From NCBI GenBank assembly GCA_963739305.1, contig CAVTZU010000017.1, positions 1 to 64,000 on the forward strand: a DNA stretch of 64,000 nt, in the 5' to 3' direction. This document shows positions 1 to 9,453 of this stretch, piece by piece (the first letter of the stretch is position 1; each line of letters begins with the position of its first letter). The notes below the pieces were generated by a model that ran no database searches, was not told the origin of the DNA, and was given only the letters and a program-made list of their open reading frames with translations. The DNA is from Candidatus Bathyarchaeota archaeon (GTDB taxonomy: Archaea; Thermoproteota; Bathyarchaeia; Bathyarchaeales; Bathycorpusculaceae). The translations under genes and the position numbers were made by a program.

Positions 1-5
1 ATAAC

Positions 6-722
6 GTGGCTGTAAAAGACCTGACACTGTCCGTATTACCAGGTGAAGTTCATGGTCTTCTCGGTCCGAACGGGTCAGGCAAAAGCACGACTATGAAAAT
101 GGTCATGAGTATAGTCAAGCCTGATTATGGCAAGATCAGCCTCAGCGGCGTAGATGTGTTGCGGCAACCCATCGAGGCGAAGAGACTCGTGGGTTACGTT
201 CCAGAATTGCCATATCTTTATGAATACCTAACGGCTTCGGAATACTTGGACTTCGTAGGCACAGCGTATGGCATCGACCTAAAGATTAGACGAGAGAGGG
301 TTGATGAGCTGCTTAAGGCGCTGCAGATGAACGAGCACGTGAATGAGATTATGAGTGGCTTCTCTCAAGGAATGAAGCAAAAAATAGCAATTACGGCGGC
401 TCTGCTTCACCGTCCACGTGCCCTCATATTGGATGAAGCGTTGAACGGTTTAGATCCTAGATCCGCCAAGATCGTCAAGGATATCCTTCAGCGCTTAGCC
501 GGCGAAGGCGTCTCAATTCTCTTTAGTACCCACGTTCTCGAAATTGCAGCGGCCATGTGCAGCAGGATTACTATCATGAATGAGGGAAGAATCATTGCCG
601 AGGGAACGGTGCAGGAGCTGAGGTCAAAGGCTGGGATGCCGGGTTCAACGTTGGAGGATACTTTCCTGAAGCTTACCGGCAGTGAGGACACAGAGAAGAT
701 TGTTGAGGCATTGAAGCTTTGA
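6..722 (+). CDS. ABC transporter ATP-binding protein (5' end probably outside window)
   Basis: Walker A GPNGSGKS, signature FSQGMKQK, Walker B LILDE, H-loop STH. Confidence 0.93.
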   Translation: MAVKDLTLSVLPGEVHGLLGPNGSGKSTTMKMVMSIVKPDYGKISLSGVDVLRQPIEAKRLVGYVPELPYLYEYLTASEYLDFVGTAYGIDLKIRRERVDELLKALQMNEHVNEIMSGFSQGMKQKIAITAALLHRPRALILDEALNGLDPRSAKIVKDILQRLAGEGVSILFSTHVLEIAAAMCSRITIMNEGRIIAEGTVQELRSKAGMPGSTLEDTFLKLTGSEDTEKIVEALKL

Positions 723-2359
723 ACTGGTCAACGGTCAAAAGCCTCGCAACTGTTCTCTTCAAATCATATTTCAGAGCGAGCCGTTATGGGCGTAGGAGTT
801 TCCTTTCAAATCCAGTCGTAATAGTTGCCATAGATATTGTTCTTTTCGCGGTTCCGTTCGGGTTTCTAGTGTATGCTCTTCCTTTGGTTCCGGCTGATTT
901 AATGAATTCGTTTCGACCGGTCGCAGTTCAGTCCCTCATTGTGCTGCCGCTCATTCTCACTTCGGCGGTTATTTTGGCGGGGATATTGTTTGAGCTTGGG
1001 CAGACGGGCGGTCTTGCTTCGAGCGAAGCGGTGAATTGGCTTCCAGTGTCTCCCATAGAATATGTTGTGGCGTCAAGCGTTTCGATGGAGCTCACCTATT
1101 CGCCTTTTTTGTTTATTGGTCTGGGGGTCACCGTACCGCTCGCTCTGAACTTCGGTGAGTCTTCGGTTGTTTCCTTTTTCATTTTGATTTCTGTCATGGC
1201 TTATGTTTGGGGAGCAGTGATAGTGGAGGCGTTGAGATCCGTGATGAACCGTATCTCCACCACGCTTTACAAGAAGAGCGGAAGACTCGGCGTCATATTA
1301 CGCATAGCCCTCGTCGTCGTTTTGTTAGTCGCGGTGCAAATAGCGTTTAACCCATACATCCTTTACACGGCCTTTTCAGGCATAGTGGCGGGCGTCAGCT
1401 TGGCTTGGTTCTTGCCCGTAATCTGGCCTTCAGTCGCCATCGTTTCCTTCCTGACTCCGGATATGGCTAGAGCGACCATTTTTGCCCTGCTTTCTCTCTT
1501 TTTCACGTTCTTGATTTTTGAAGCTGCAACTCGACTTAGAGCCAAGTATTGGTCTCCCATACCCGTCACCATTACCTTATCCACGTCAACCGTCTATGTC
1601 CCTCAAGGAAAGTCGTTTTTGTGGCTTGACTCAGTCGCGTTCGCAGTGGTCTCCAAAGAATTGAGATCCCTCGCGAGACGGAGGGAAATGGCAAGGTTCT
1701 TGGCCATACCCGTGGTGCTTGTAGTGGCCTCTTTGCTCCCAGTGTTGACAAGTCGCGCGAATCCAGGGGAAGCTTTGTCGGGCGTGAGTCTGGTGCTTCT
1801 GGCTGAAACATCGCTTATTCTGCCTATGATGCTTTCTTCAATTAGTATAGGACAGGAGGGAAACTCGATCGCTAACATCTATATGCTTCCCATCTCGGCT
1901 GACGAATTGGTTCTCGGAAAGCTTTTTCTCCCATGGATTTTTTCAGGTGCAGGCATCGTGGCAATCGCTTTGCTCATGCAGTTCTTGGCTCCTGTTACGG
2001 CGGGGCAGTTCTTGGCCACTTTGGTTGCTGCGGCCTTCAATATAATAACACAGGGTTATGTGGGGCTTGGTGCAGGCTCACGATATCCCAGCTTCAACGT
2101 TGGACCAAGAGCAAGATACCTTACGTTTACAGGATTCATAGTGGCCTTCGTTTTGGGAGGGTTGGCGACGGTGGCGATTCTAACTCCTTTGATTTTGTAC
2201 GAAGGCATGGGGTTATTAACTGGGTTGGGAGGCGGAGCAACTGGATCAGTATTGTTGACAATTATATTGACATTGGCAATTGGAACATTGCTTCTTGTTT
2301 TGATGCACCACTATTGCATGCGAGGTGTAAAGAAACTTCTTTCTAGTATGGAAGCGTAG
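719..2359 (+). CDS. ABC exporter permease-like polytopic membrane protein
   Basis: Many hydrophobic helices in two halves; 4-bp overlap with the ATPase gene. Confidence 0.75.
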   Translation: MNWSTVKSLATVLFKSYFRASRYGRRSFLSNPVVIVAIDIVLFAVPFGFLVYALPLVPADLMNSFRPVAVQSLIVLPLILTSAVILAGILFELGQTGGLASSEAVNWLPVSPIEYVVASSVSMELTYSPFLFIGLGVTVPLALNFGESSVVSFFILISVMAYVWGAVIVEALRSVMNRISTTLYKKSGRLGVILRIALVVVLLVAVQIAFNPYILYTAFSGIVAGVSLAWFLPVIWPSVAIVSFLTPDMARATIFALLSLFFTFLIFEAATRLRAKYWSPIPVTITLSTSTVYVPQGKSFLWLDSVAFAVVSKELRSLARRREMARFLAIPVVLVVASLLPVLTSRANPGEALSGVSLVLLAETSLILPMMLSSISIGQEGNSIANIYMLPISADELVLGKLFLPWIFSGAGIVAIALLMQFLAPVTAGQFLATLVAAAFNIITQGYVGLGAGSRYPSFNVGPRARYLTFTGFIVAFVLGGLATVAILTPLILYEGMGLLTGLGGGATGSVLLTIILTLAIGTLLLVLMHHYCMRGVKKLLSSMEA

Positions 2360-2435
2360 TTTTCGATTCCTCTTGTGCGCGCATTTCTTCATGACTATCT
2401 AGTTAAACTAGGCATTTCCACTCAGATAGATTTCA

Positions 2436-2443
2436 GCGCGCGC
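2436..2443. repeat. Alternating (GC)n junction palindrome
   Basis: GCGCGCGC inside perfect palindrome TCAGCGCGCGCTGA; intergenic; a 6-mer also at 2377-2382. Confidence 0.8.
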
Positions 2444-2460
2444 TGAGGGAATGGCGTTGC

Positions 2461-2664
2461 TTATAGCGAGCGCGTGTGCGCGTGTCTTTCTGAATGCAAT
2501 TGTCCACCCGTTGCCCAATTGCTCTTTGGCGCTTCATAAATGACGATCTCGACTGCTTCCTTGGGAACTCCTAAATCTTCAAACACTTTAGTTATCCCTT
2601 CGACTGTTTTCTTCTTGTTCTCAGGGCTCATGCCCTCCCAAACAGAAACTTGAACTATTGGCAT
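2461..2664 (-). CDS. 4-oxalocrotonate tautomerase family protein
   Basis: N-terminal M-P (catalytic Pro1), 67 aa, C-terminal NWATGG motif. Confidence 0.9.
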   Translation of the reverse strand: MPIVQVSVWEGMSPENKKKTVEGITKVFEDLGVPKEAVEIVIYEAPKSNWATGGQLHSERHAHTRSL

Positions 2665-2712
2665 TTCATTTTTCCTTCAAATAACACTGCTATTTCGCCT
2701 AATTAATATAGT

Positions 2713-2721
2713 GCGCGCGCG
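2713..2721. repeat. Alternating (GC)n junction motif
   Basis: GCGCGCGCG directly abutting the integrase remnant. Confidence 0.8.
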
Positions 2722-2955
2722 AAGGCGACGATAGAGTACCACAGGACGAAGGATATTCTCTATGTGATGAGGTTATTGGGACACAAAAGCATAGCCAATA
2801 CGTTAATCTACACGCAGTTAGTGGAGTTTGAAGACGACGACAAATATTGCACTGAAGTCGCCAATAATGTTCAGGACGCCAGAAAACTTCTGGAAACTGG
2901 GTTCGAGTACGTCTGTAGTCATGGGGATGAGATGCTATTCAAAAAACGAAAATAG
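2722..2955 (+). pseudogene. Tyrosine recombinase/integrase C-terminal remnant
   Basis: In-frame KATIEYHRTKDILYVMRLLGHKSIANTLIYTQL contains box II LLGH and the catalytic Tyr; the upstream R and HxxR parts are missing. Confidence 0.85.
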
Positions 2956-2962
2956 GGTTGAT

Positions 2963-2971
2963 CGCGCGCGC
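2963..2971. repeat. Alternating (GC)n junction motif
   Basis: CGCGCGCGC 7 bp after the integrase remnant stop codon. Confidence 0.8.
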
Positions 2972-3033
2972 TTTTACATTTGACATTCTATTATGATTCA
3001 TAATGTAGTCTTCAATACTCTTCTTACCTAATT

Positions 3034-5850
3034 TTGAAGCGGGCCAAAACACTAAAATCCATTTTCAGGCCATTCAATTCTTGGAAGGCGAGTCCATTGA
3101 AACTTGGTTTGCCCACTAAGCCAGCCTTGGTGGGTAGGGATTCGGAAATTGAGCAGCTTATACAGCATCTAGATTCTGCTTTGCATGGAAAAGGAACCAC
3201 AGTTTTTATTCATGGGGAAGCAGGCGTTGGAAAGACGGGATTGGTCAACGAGTTTCTGGCCCTTGCAAAGAAAATGGGGGCGGAGGTTCTCTGCGGTTGG
3301 TGCTTAAGCGAGGCAGCCATCCCTTACTTTCCTTTCACAGAAGCCTTCAACACGTATATGTCAACAACGAGCGACGCGAAAGCAAAATCCAATGTGACAA
3401 AGCAGCTAGGAATCACAGGATGGTTGAAAGGAGGAAGTTTGACAAAAGAGTCCATGACGCTGGGAATCACTGGATGGTTAAGAGGAATCGAGTTGACAGA
3501 AAAGTCCGAGACACAAGGACTCTTTTCAACTCCTGAAATAGAGAGGGACAAAACATTTGAAGCCGTAGCAAAAGCTCTTCTTCAGTTGTCTACACAAAAA
3601 CCTCTAGTCCTTTTCTTGGATGACCTACACTGGGCAGACCACCTGAGCCTAGCGCTAATTCATTACGTGTCCAGAAAATGTAGAAACTCTCGACTTCTAA
3701 TAATCGGAACATATAGACCAGAAGAAACAGTTCCAACCGAAAAGAAAAAGCTCCATCCCCTCGAAGAAACAATGTTTTCCATGAGCCGGGAAGACCTGCT
3801 AATCAAGATGGAGCTGAAAAGTCTAAAGCGCAATGAACTATCAGAGCTTGTAACATCCATATTTCACGCTTCCGTCGGTGAAGAGTTTGTGGAAAGGCTC
3901 TACAAAGAGACAGAAGGAAACCCCCTGTTTGCGCTCGAAACGCTCAACCTTCTTATTGAAGAGGGTTTTCTCTCGGAAAATGAAGGCCAATGGATACTTA
4001 CAACTCCAACGGAGAAATTAGGAATCCCATCAAAGATCCATGAAGTCATTACTCGAAGAATAGCGAGATTAGAACGCGAAGAACGAAGACTGCTCGAGCT
4101 AGCTGCTGTCAACGGCCATTCTTTTGACCCAAATATCTTGAGTAAAACTTTGGCAACGGACATAACTAGCGTCCTGCAGACGCTGGTTGAAATCGAGAAG
4201 ATGCATAGACTGATACGTTCTGAAGACTCAAAATTCGAGTTCACGCATCACAAAATAAGAGAAGTGATCTATTGGAATTTGCCAAGCGAATTGAGAAGGA
4301 TATACCATCTCAAGACCGCAAATTGCCTCGAGCAGGTTCTTACCGAAAAAACCTCAGATGGTTACCTTGCTGAGATCGCCCATCACTACATTGAGGGGAA
4401 GGCTCCTGAAAAAGCATTTCATTACCTTGTTAAGCTTGGAGAAAAGAGTGTAAACACCTACGCAAGCGTGCAAGCAGTTGAGTACCTAGACAAGGCTTTA
4501 GAAACTGCGCAAAAAATACCCAGTCTCGCTACAGACATAAATCTTGCCAAAATCCGCAAACAACGCGGCATAGCTTGGCTGCAACAAGATGAAAAGGCAA
4601 AAGCCCGAAAAGAATTCAATTTGTTGCTGCAAAATGCAAAGGCTATCAATGACGAATCAATGATCGCAGAAGCGCACTATTACTTGGGCATTGCTTATGA
4701 GGCATATTTCGGAGAAACGGAAGACGCTATGGAACATCTCACTACGGCAGTGGAAATGATTCGGAAGACAGGCAACAAACCTTTGGAAGCCAGAAGTTTG
4801 GGAGCGATTGGCACTACACTTATGTGGGGTCTGGATACTATGGACGAAGGCCACATGCGGCTCGAAGAATCTACTATAATAGCCAGAGAGATAGGTGACA
4901 AAGCGCTCGAGGCAGACAAGATGTGCGATCTCGGATTGTACTACAACTGGAAAGGCGAATTTAATCGAGCCAAAGAAAACGTTAACAAGGCGCTTGCACT
5001 AAATGAAGAAGTTGGGAGCATCCCAATAGAAACATTCGGATTATTAGTTTCTAGCATGGTCCTCGCTGGTAATGGAGACTACAACGAGGCAATCTCAACT
5101 GGACAGAAATGTCTCCAACTTGCCCGAGATTGTGGAAGCTGGTCTACCGTTTCAATGGTCCTTAATACCCTCGGTTGGATTTATCATGACTTGTCAGACA
5201 TCGAACTTGCCGTAAGATACAACAACGAAGCAATAGAAAATGCTGGAGAACACGGAAAAAGCAGGGCTAGTGGTGCAGTGCCCATGTCTTTGCTAAACTT
5301 AGGAATGGACTATCTATACAAAAATGACTATGAGAAAACAGAAAAATACTTCAAAGAAGTAATCAACCAGTATCAGCAACATCGGCTAGGCTGGTGGCGC
5401 ATCGAGACCCGCATGCTCTTGGGTCGTGGAGAAATATCGCTTGCCAAAGGCGACTACACACAGGCATTGAAATTCGCCGAAGACTCTTTGACCATATCCA
5501 AAAAAGCAGACGCTAAGAAGTACATCGCAAAGGGTTTGAAGCTGAAAGCTGAAATCTTGTCAATAACGGGCAACGCTAAGAAAGCAATCGGGTTAATGCA
5601 GAACGCTTTAAAATTGGTGCAAGAACTGGGCAACCCACCCCTACTTTGGCAAACCCATTACAGCCTCGGTGCTTTACTCGAAGAACACGGGAAACAACAA
5701 GAAGCCAATAAACACTATGCTGAAGCAATACTCCTCATAGAAGAGACAGCATCAAAACTCAAAGACACGTCTCATAAGAACACTCTGTTAATTGCTCTGC
5801 AGACCATGGCAATACATGACGCTTATGCCAGAACAAAACCAACACCATAA
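3034..5850 (+). CDS. STAND-class (AAA_16/MalT-like) NTPase with C-terminal TPR repeats
   Basis: LVGRD, Walker A GEAGVGKT, Walker B LFLDDLHWAD, GNPLF, FTHHKIRE, then helical TPR-like repeats; start codon uncertain. Confidence 0.88.
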   Translation: MKRAKTLKSIFRPFNSWKASPLKLGLPTKPALVGRDSEIEQLIQHLDSALHGKGTTVFIHGEAGVGKTGLVNEFLALAKKMGAEVLCGWCLSEAAIPYFPFTEAFNTYMSTTSDAKAKSNVTKQLGITGWLKGGSLTKESMTLGITGWLRGIELTEKSETQGLFSTPEIERDKTFEAVAKALLQLSTQKPLVLFLDDLHWADHLSLALIHYVSRKCRNSRLLIIGTYRPEETVPTEKKKLHPLEETMFSMSREDLLIKMELKSLKRNELSELVTSIFHASVGEEFVERLYKETEGNPLFALETLNLLIEEGFLSENEGQWILTTPTEKLGIPSKIHEVITRRIARLEREERRLLELAAVNGHSFDPNILSKTLATDITSVLQTLVEIEKMHRLIRSEDSKFEFTHHKIREVIYWNLPSELRRIYHLKTANCLEQVLTEKTSDGYLAEIAHHYIEGKAPEKAFHYLVKLGEKSVNTYASVQAVEYLDKALETAQKIPSLATDINLAKIRKQRGIAWLQQDEKAKARKEFNLLLQNAKAINDESMIAEAHYYLGIAYEAYFGETEDAMEHLTTAVEMIRKTGNKPLEARSLGAIGTTLMWGLDTMDEGHMRLEESTIIAREIGDKALEADKMCDLGLYYNWKGEFNRAKENVNKALALNEEVGSIPIETFGLLVSSMVLAGNGDYNEAISTGQKCLQLARDCGSWSTVSMVLNTLGWIYHDLSDIELAVRYNNEAIENAGEHGKSRASGAVPMSLLNLGMDYLYKNDYEKTEKYFKEVINQYQQHRLGWWRIETRMLLGRGEISLAKGDYTQALKFAEDSLTISKKADAKKYIAKGLKLKAEILSITGNAKKAIGLMQNALKLVQELGNPPLLWQTHYSLGALLEEHGKQQEANKHYAEAILLIEETASKLKDTSHKNTLLIALQTMAIHDAYARTKPTP
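3406..3507 (+). repeat. Intragenic diverged tandem duplication (54-bp period)
   Basis: LGITGWLKGGSLTKES / LGITGWLRGIELTEKS, similar at DNA level. Confidence 0.85.
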
Positions 5851-5851
5851 T

Positions 5852-5859
5852 GCGCGCGC
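5852..5859. repeat. Alternating (GC)n junction motif
   Basis: GCGCGCGC one base after the STAND gene stop codon; a 6-mer follows at 6342-6347. Confidence 0.8.
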
Positions 5860-6402
5860 TTTCCTTTTTCATGGTATAGTTTGCAGGATTGCCATCAGAA
5901 TAGGACATTAGATTTATTAGTGGTACTGTCGGAGCATGCCAGTTATAGCGAACTGGTTTGACGGTAGGCCGAACACGTTAGTGTCAAGTGACCGGAATAC
6001 ATTGATACAGAGAAAAAAAGGAGAGTTGCGGGTGATGTCTCCATTAGCCTAGGATTCAACTGTCATCCCTGGCTTTTTGGCATATATCCCCGGTCAGTGG
6101 TCGAACCACAGGTCTCTGCATGAACCATGATATCAGCATTCAAACATTCCTACAGGGTTGGGCGGTTGGATTATTTCCTCGCACCCGCTGAAATCGGCTT
6201 GACTTTTTCCCATGGTCTTTTGAATATGAAGAGTTTTGTCGTGCAGAGGGCTTATGAAGTCGCATCGTTGGGGCTGAGGATTGACGAGCAAATCGTCTTC
6301 AAGGAGATTGCCAAGGTTTCATAGGAAATAACGAGTCGTTTGCGCGCTAGGCTGCGCAGAAGAGAATGTTTTAATTTGTTCATCCCCTTCTTAATCGTCT
6401 GT

Positions 6403-7194
6403 ATGGAGCAAGCAGGTTTCAGCGAAGAGCCGAGACGTCAGCCAATCCGGCGAAGCTTCATAGTCGTTCTATGGATCTGTCTGCTCTTGTTCTCGTCCTT
6501 CGTAATCGTATTGCTAGCACAAACCTTCTTGAGACCGCCGATACGTGAGAACATATCAAGTTCAGACTGGAGCGGATACGTTGTTTTCTCAGATTCAGTG
6601 AACCCTGCGCCTGTGATAAGAAACGTCAGCGCGTCTTGGATCGTTCCGACAGTGTCAGTCTCTCGAAGAGACACATACTCGGATGTGTGGATAGGCGTCG
6701 GAGGGCAATTTGACAATTCCCTCATTCAAACCGGAACCGAGCAGGACTCAGAAAACGGCAAACCTGTGTATCTAGCATGGTACGAGCTTCTGCCCGACTA
6801 CTCAATTACGATAGTGGCAGTGAACGTGTCAGCGGGAGACACGATGACAGCTTCAATAAGTCTGCTAGATGCTGGAACCAACGAATGGCTTGTCGAAATC
6901 GCTGACGCCACGAATGGGCAGAGCTTCAGTCAGAGCTTCGTCTATGTTTCATCTCGACTCTCTGCCGAATGGATTGTCGAGAGGCCCACTGTCAACGATG
7001 CCCTGACCACGCTGGCAGACTTCGGGAGCGTAACTTTCACTGACATCAAAGTTTCAACAGATTCCGTTTCTGGAACCGCAGCAGATTTTCCATTTTCTCA
7101 GGTCACGATGTATGATCGTCAGAACAATCAGCTTGTCACCGTGTCTCAGCTAGCTTCACGTGGAACAACTTTCAACGTGGCCTACTTGCCTTGA
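6403..7194 (+). CDS. Membrane-anchored G1 family glutamic peptidase (peptidase A4/eqolisin-like)
   Basis: N-terminal TM helix; SSDWSGY, WIGVGG, LIQTGT (catalytic Q), AWYE, SAEWIVERP (catalytic E). Confidence 0.88.
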   Translation: MEQAGFSEEPRRQPIRRSFIVVLWICLLLFSSFVIVLLAQTFLRPPIRENISSSDWSGYVVFSDSVNPAPVIRNVSASWIVPTVSVSRRDTYSDVWIGVGGQFDNSLIQTGTEQDSENGKPVYLAWYELLPDYSITIVAVNVSAGDTMTASISLLDAGTNEWLVEIADATNGQSFSQSFVYVSSRLSAEWIVERPTVNDALTTLADFGSVTFTDIKVSTDSVSGTAADFPFSQVTMYDRQNNQLVTVSQLASRGTTFNVAYLP

Positions 7195-7566
7195 GTGCGT
7201 TAAGGGGCGACGTTGGCATCTAGAACGTGTGCAGAGAAATTTGAAGGGGAGAAGGAGTGCATCCGCAGACCCGAGGGAGAAAGGAGAAAATGAAGCGGGG
7301 AAAATAAATGTGTTTTGCGGCTTTGCACTCCTTGTCTTTCTTGTAGTGTCCCACTCATTCATTAGATTTGGTTTGTAACACCTGAGCGTGCATTTGATAA
7401 GTTCTTGAGCAGCCACGTAGAAGACATTGCCCAAAGACTGAAAAAAGGGGTTATGGCATAGATTAGGGTCGACGAATACCGCAAGCCAACACAATGAATC
7501 GTCATACTTCTGCCGTAAAGCTCGGGTTCGAAAAAGCTAAAAGGTGCTCGGGCAACGTGTAATCTC

Positions 7567-8640
7567 ATGAAATATTCTTTTAAAATAGGGTCAGTTTGGG
7601 GAATTCCCATTGAATTGCACCTGACCTTCATTCTTCTAATAATCGGGGTTCTCGTCCTTTCTTACCCTCAGTTTTACCTTTTTGTCCTTGTTTTGTTTCT
7701 ATTCATCTTCGTCGTTCTCCATGAACTGGCGCATTCGGTCGTTGCGCGTCATTACAGAATTCAGGTGCGGAAGATAGTTCTTTACCCCATAGGCGGGGCT
7801 TCTGAGATTGAGGAGATATTTGATAACCCACGCGTAGAGTGGCGAGTTGCTATTGCTGGGCCTTTGACCAGCTTTGCGATTGGCGGTTCTCTTCTTGCTA
7901 TTTCCAGAATTTTCGTCGTGGAAGTGCCGAGAACGGCTCTCGGGTCGTCTCTCTCTACCGTTGGAAGCCTCGCGCTCGATCTTGGACTGTTGAACTTGTT
8001 GCTTGGGGCATTCAACTTGATCCCTGCTTTTCCGATGGATGGAGGCAGAGTTTTCAGGGCTTTTCTGGCGGAACACATGAATTTCTCCGATGCGACGAAA
8101 TATGCAGCTTTCTTGGGAAGGTTGTTTGGGATAGTCATGGCCATTGTCGGGTTTATCTTTCCGAGTTACTTTTTGTTGATCGTCGTAGGGATTTTCGTCT
8201 ACATAGGCGCTACCGAAGAAGCCGAATCGACTATCGTGTCAACAACGTTGGCGAGAGTGAGAGTCAGAGATGTTATGTCTTCCGAGGCGGCGACGGTTAC
8301 TCTTGATGAAACTCTTGACGAGGCTTTGGAGACGATGTTTAAGGCACGATACCACGATGCCTTGGTGGAGAAGGATAGTGAGTTGTTGGGAATCGTGACC
8401 TGGGATGAGATAATGAAGGTTAAGAAAGAGCAGAGAAGCCTGATGATGATTGAGCAGCTTCCTCTGATTCAGGCTTCTGTTCTGGTTGACGATGCTGTTC
8501 TTGAGGCGCACAAGGTGATGCTCAAACAGAGAATAGACTTGGTTCCAGTGGTTGAGAAGGACAATCCGCGAAAGATCCTTGGCGTTCTGACGAGCGAAGG
8601 AGTTGCCCTTGCATACGAGAAAGCGAAAACGCTCCGATGA
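7567..8640 (+). CDS. Site-2 protease (M50) with CBS domains
   Basis: HELAH, AIAGP, FNLIPAFPMDGG; C-terminal CBS pair. Confidence 0.93.
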   Translation: MKYSFKIGSVWGIPIELHLTFILLIIGVLVLSYPQFYLFVLVLFLFIFVVLHELAHSVVARHYRIQVRKIVLYPIGGASEIEEIFDNPRVEWRVAIAGPLTSFAIGGSLLAISRIFVVEVPRTALGSSLSTVGSLALDLGLLNLLLGAFNLIPAFPMDGGRVFRAFLAEHMNFSDATKYAAFLGRLFGIVMAIVGFIFPSYFLLIVVGIFVYIGATEEAESTIVSTTLARVRVRDVMSSEAATVTLDETLDEALETMFKARYHDALVEKDSELLGIVTWDEIMKVKKEQRSLMMIEQLPLIQASVLVDDAVLEAHKVMLKQRIDLVPVVEKDNPRKILGVLTSEGVALAYEKAKTLR

Positions 8641-8669
8641 CTTCAAACTGTAGAGTCGGTGTCGTATTA

Positions 8670-8678
8670 GCGCGCGCG
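8670..8678. repeat. Alternating (GC)n junction motif
   Basis: GCGCGCGCG, intergenic, just before a TTAAATA TATA-like box. Confidence 0.8.
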
Positions 8679-8739
8679 AGATTAAATAGTTCGAAACAAG
8701 TATCCGTACAGTGACTGTTGAAATGAACATTGAGAGACG

Positions 8740-9204
8740 ATGAATTTGGAGAGCATTGTCGGAGTCCTAAAGGGACTGAAAGGTAGAACAGCAGACATGA
8801 TCTATGACTTGTTCTTCACGGAAAGAAGAGTGATAGCCGCAATCGTGCTTCACCCGTCAGACTTTGCCGACCAATATGGCAAGCTAGATCCTACAACTCT
8901 AGTGGTGGGAGGTTACTTCAAACAGAGAGAAATCAAGGTTCGATCCCTACAGCTGATGGATGAAAGGAGATCAGCCTTCGAAGGCAAGACGGCGGATGAG
9001 ATCGCTGCTTCACACAAGAACAACGCAGAGATCGAATATGAAAACGTCACTTCGGTCCGAATCAAGAAAGGTATCTTAGGAACGTCTCTAGAATTTGTAG
9101 TTCAAAATCCTCCTGGCAAGAAGATAAACTTTTCACTTGACGGAAATGAAGTGGACGAAGCCGAAGGATTGATGAAGAAGGTTCTTTCAGACAAGGCGAG
9201 ATGA
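8740..9204 (+). CDS. Hypothetical protein (possibly PH-like fold)
   Basis: Clean ORF; YDLFFTERRVI and IEYENVTSVRIKKG are reminiscent of PH-like domains. Confidence 0.65.
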   Translation: MNLESIVGVLKGLKGRTADMIYDLFFTERRVIAAIVLHPSDFADQYGKLDPTTLVVGGYFKQREIKVRSLQLMDERRSAFEGKTADEIAASHKNNAEIEYENVTSVRIKKGILGTSLEFVVQNPPGKKINFSLDGNEVDEAEGLMKKVLSDKAR

Positions 9205-9453
9205 TTCTTTTCAGGACGGGGTGCGGTCTACCCCTGAAACTTTTGTAACGTTTTTTGTAATGTTGCCTGGTACCTCATTTGTTCTTTGAACAGTTTTCGG
9301 TCCATGGTGAACGAAGTTTCTGCTCACGATGTGGAGTTTTTCTCTTACAAAATGGTTTTGATGTGGTCTTTGGGGCGTTCGAAATGTTTTTTTGCGTCTT
9401 TCAGTTTATGCGTTGGTGAGCGCGTGGGACATGGTTGTAACGGGGATAACAGG

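Noticed and set aside
6127-6324. 65-aa ORF in the GC-bounded segment 5860-6341
   Set aside because: No motif, SD or clear promoter; treated as non-coding or decayed DNA.
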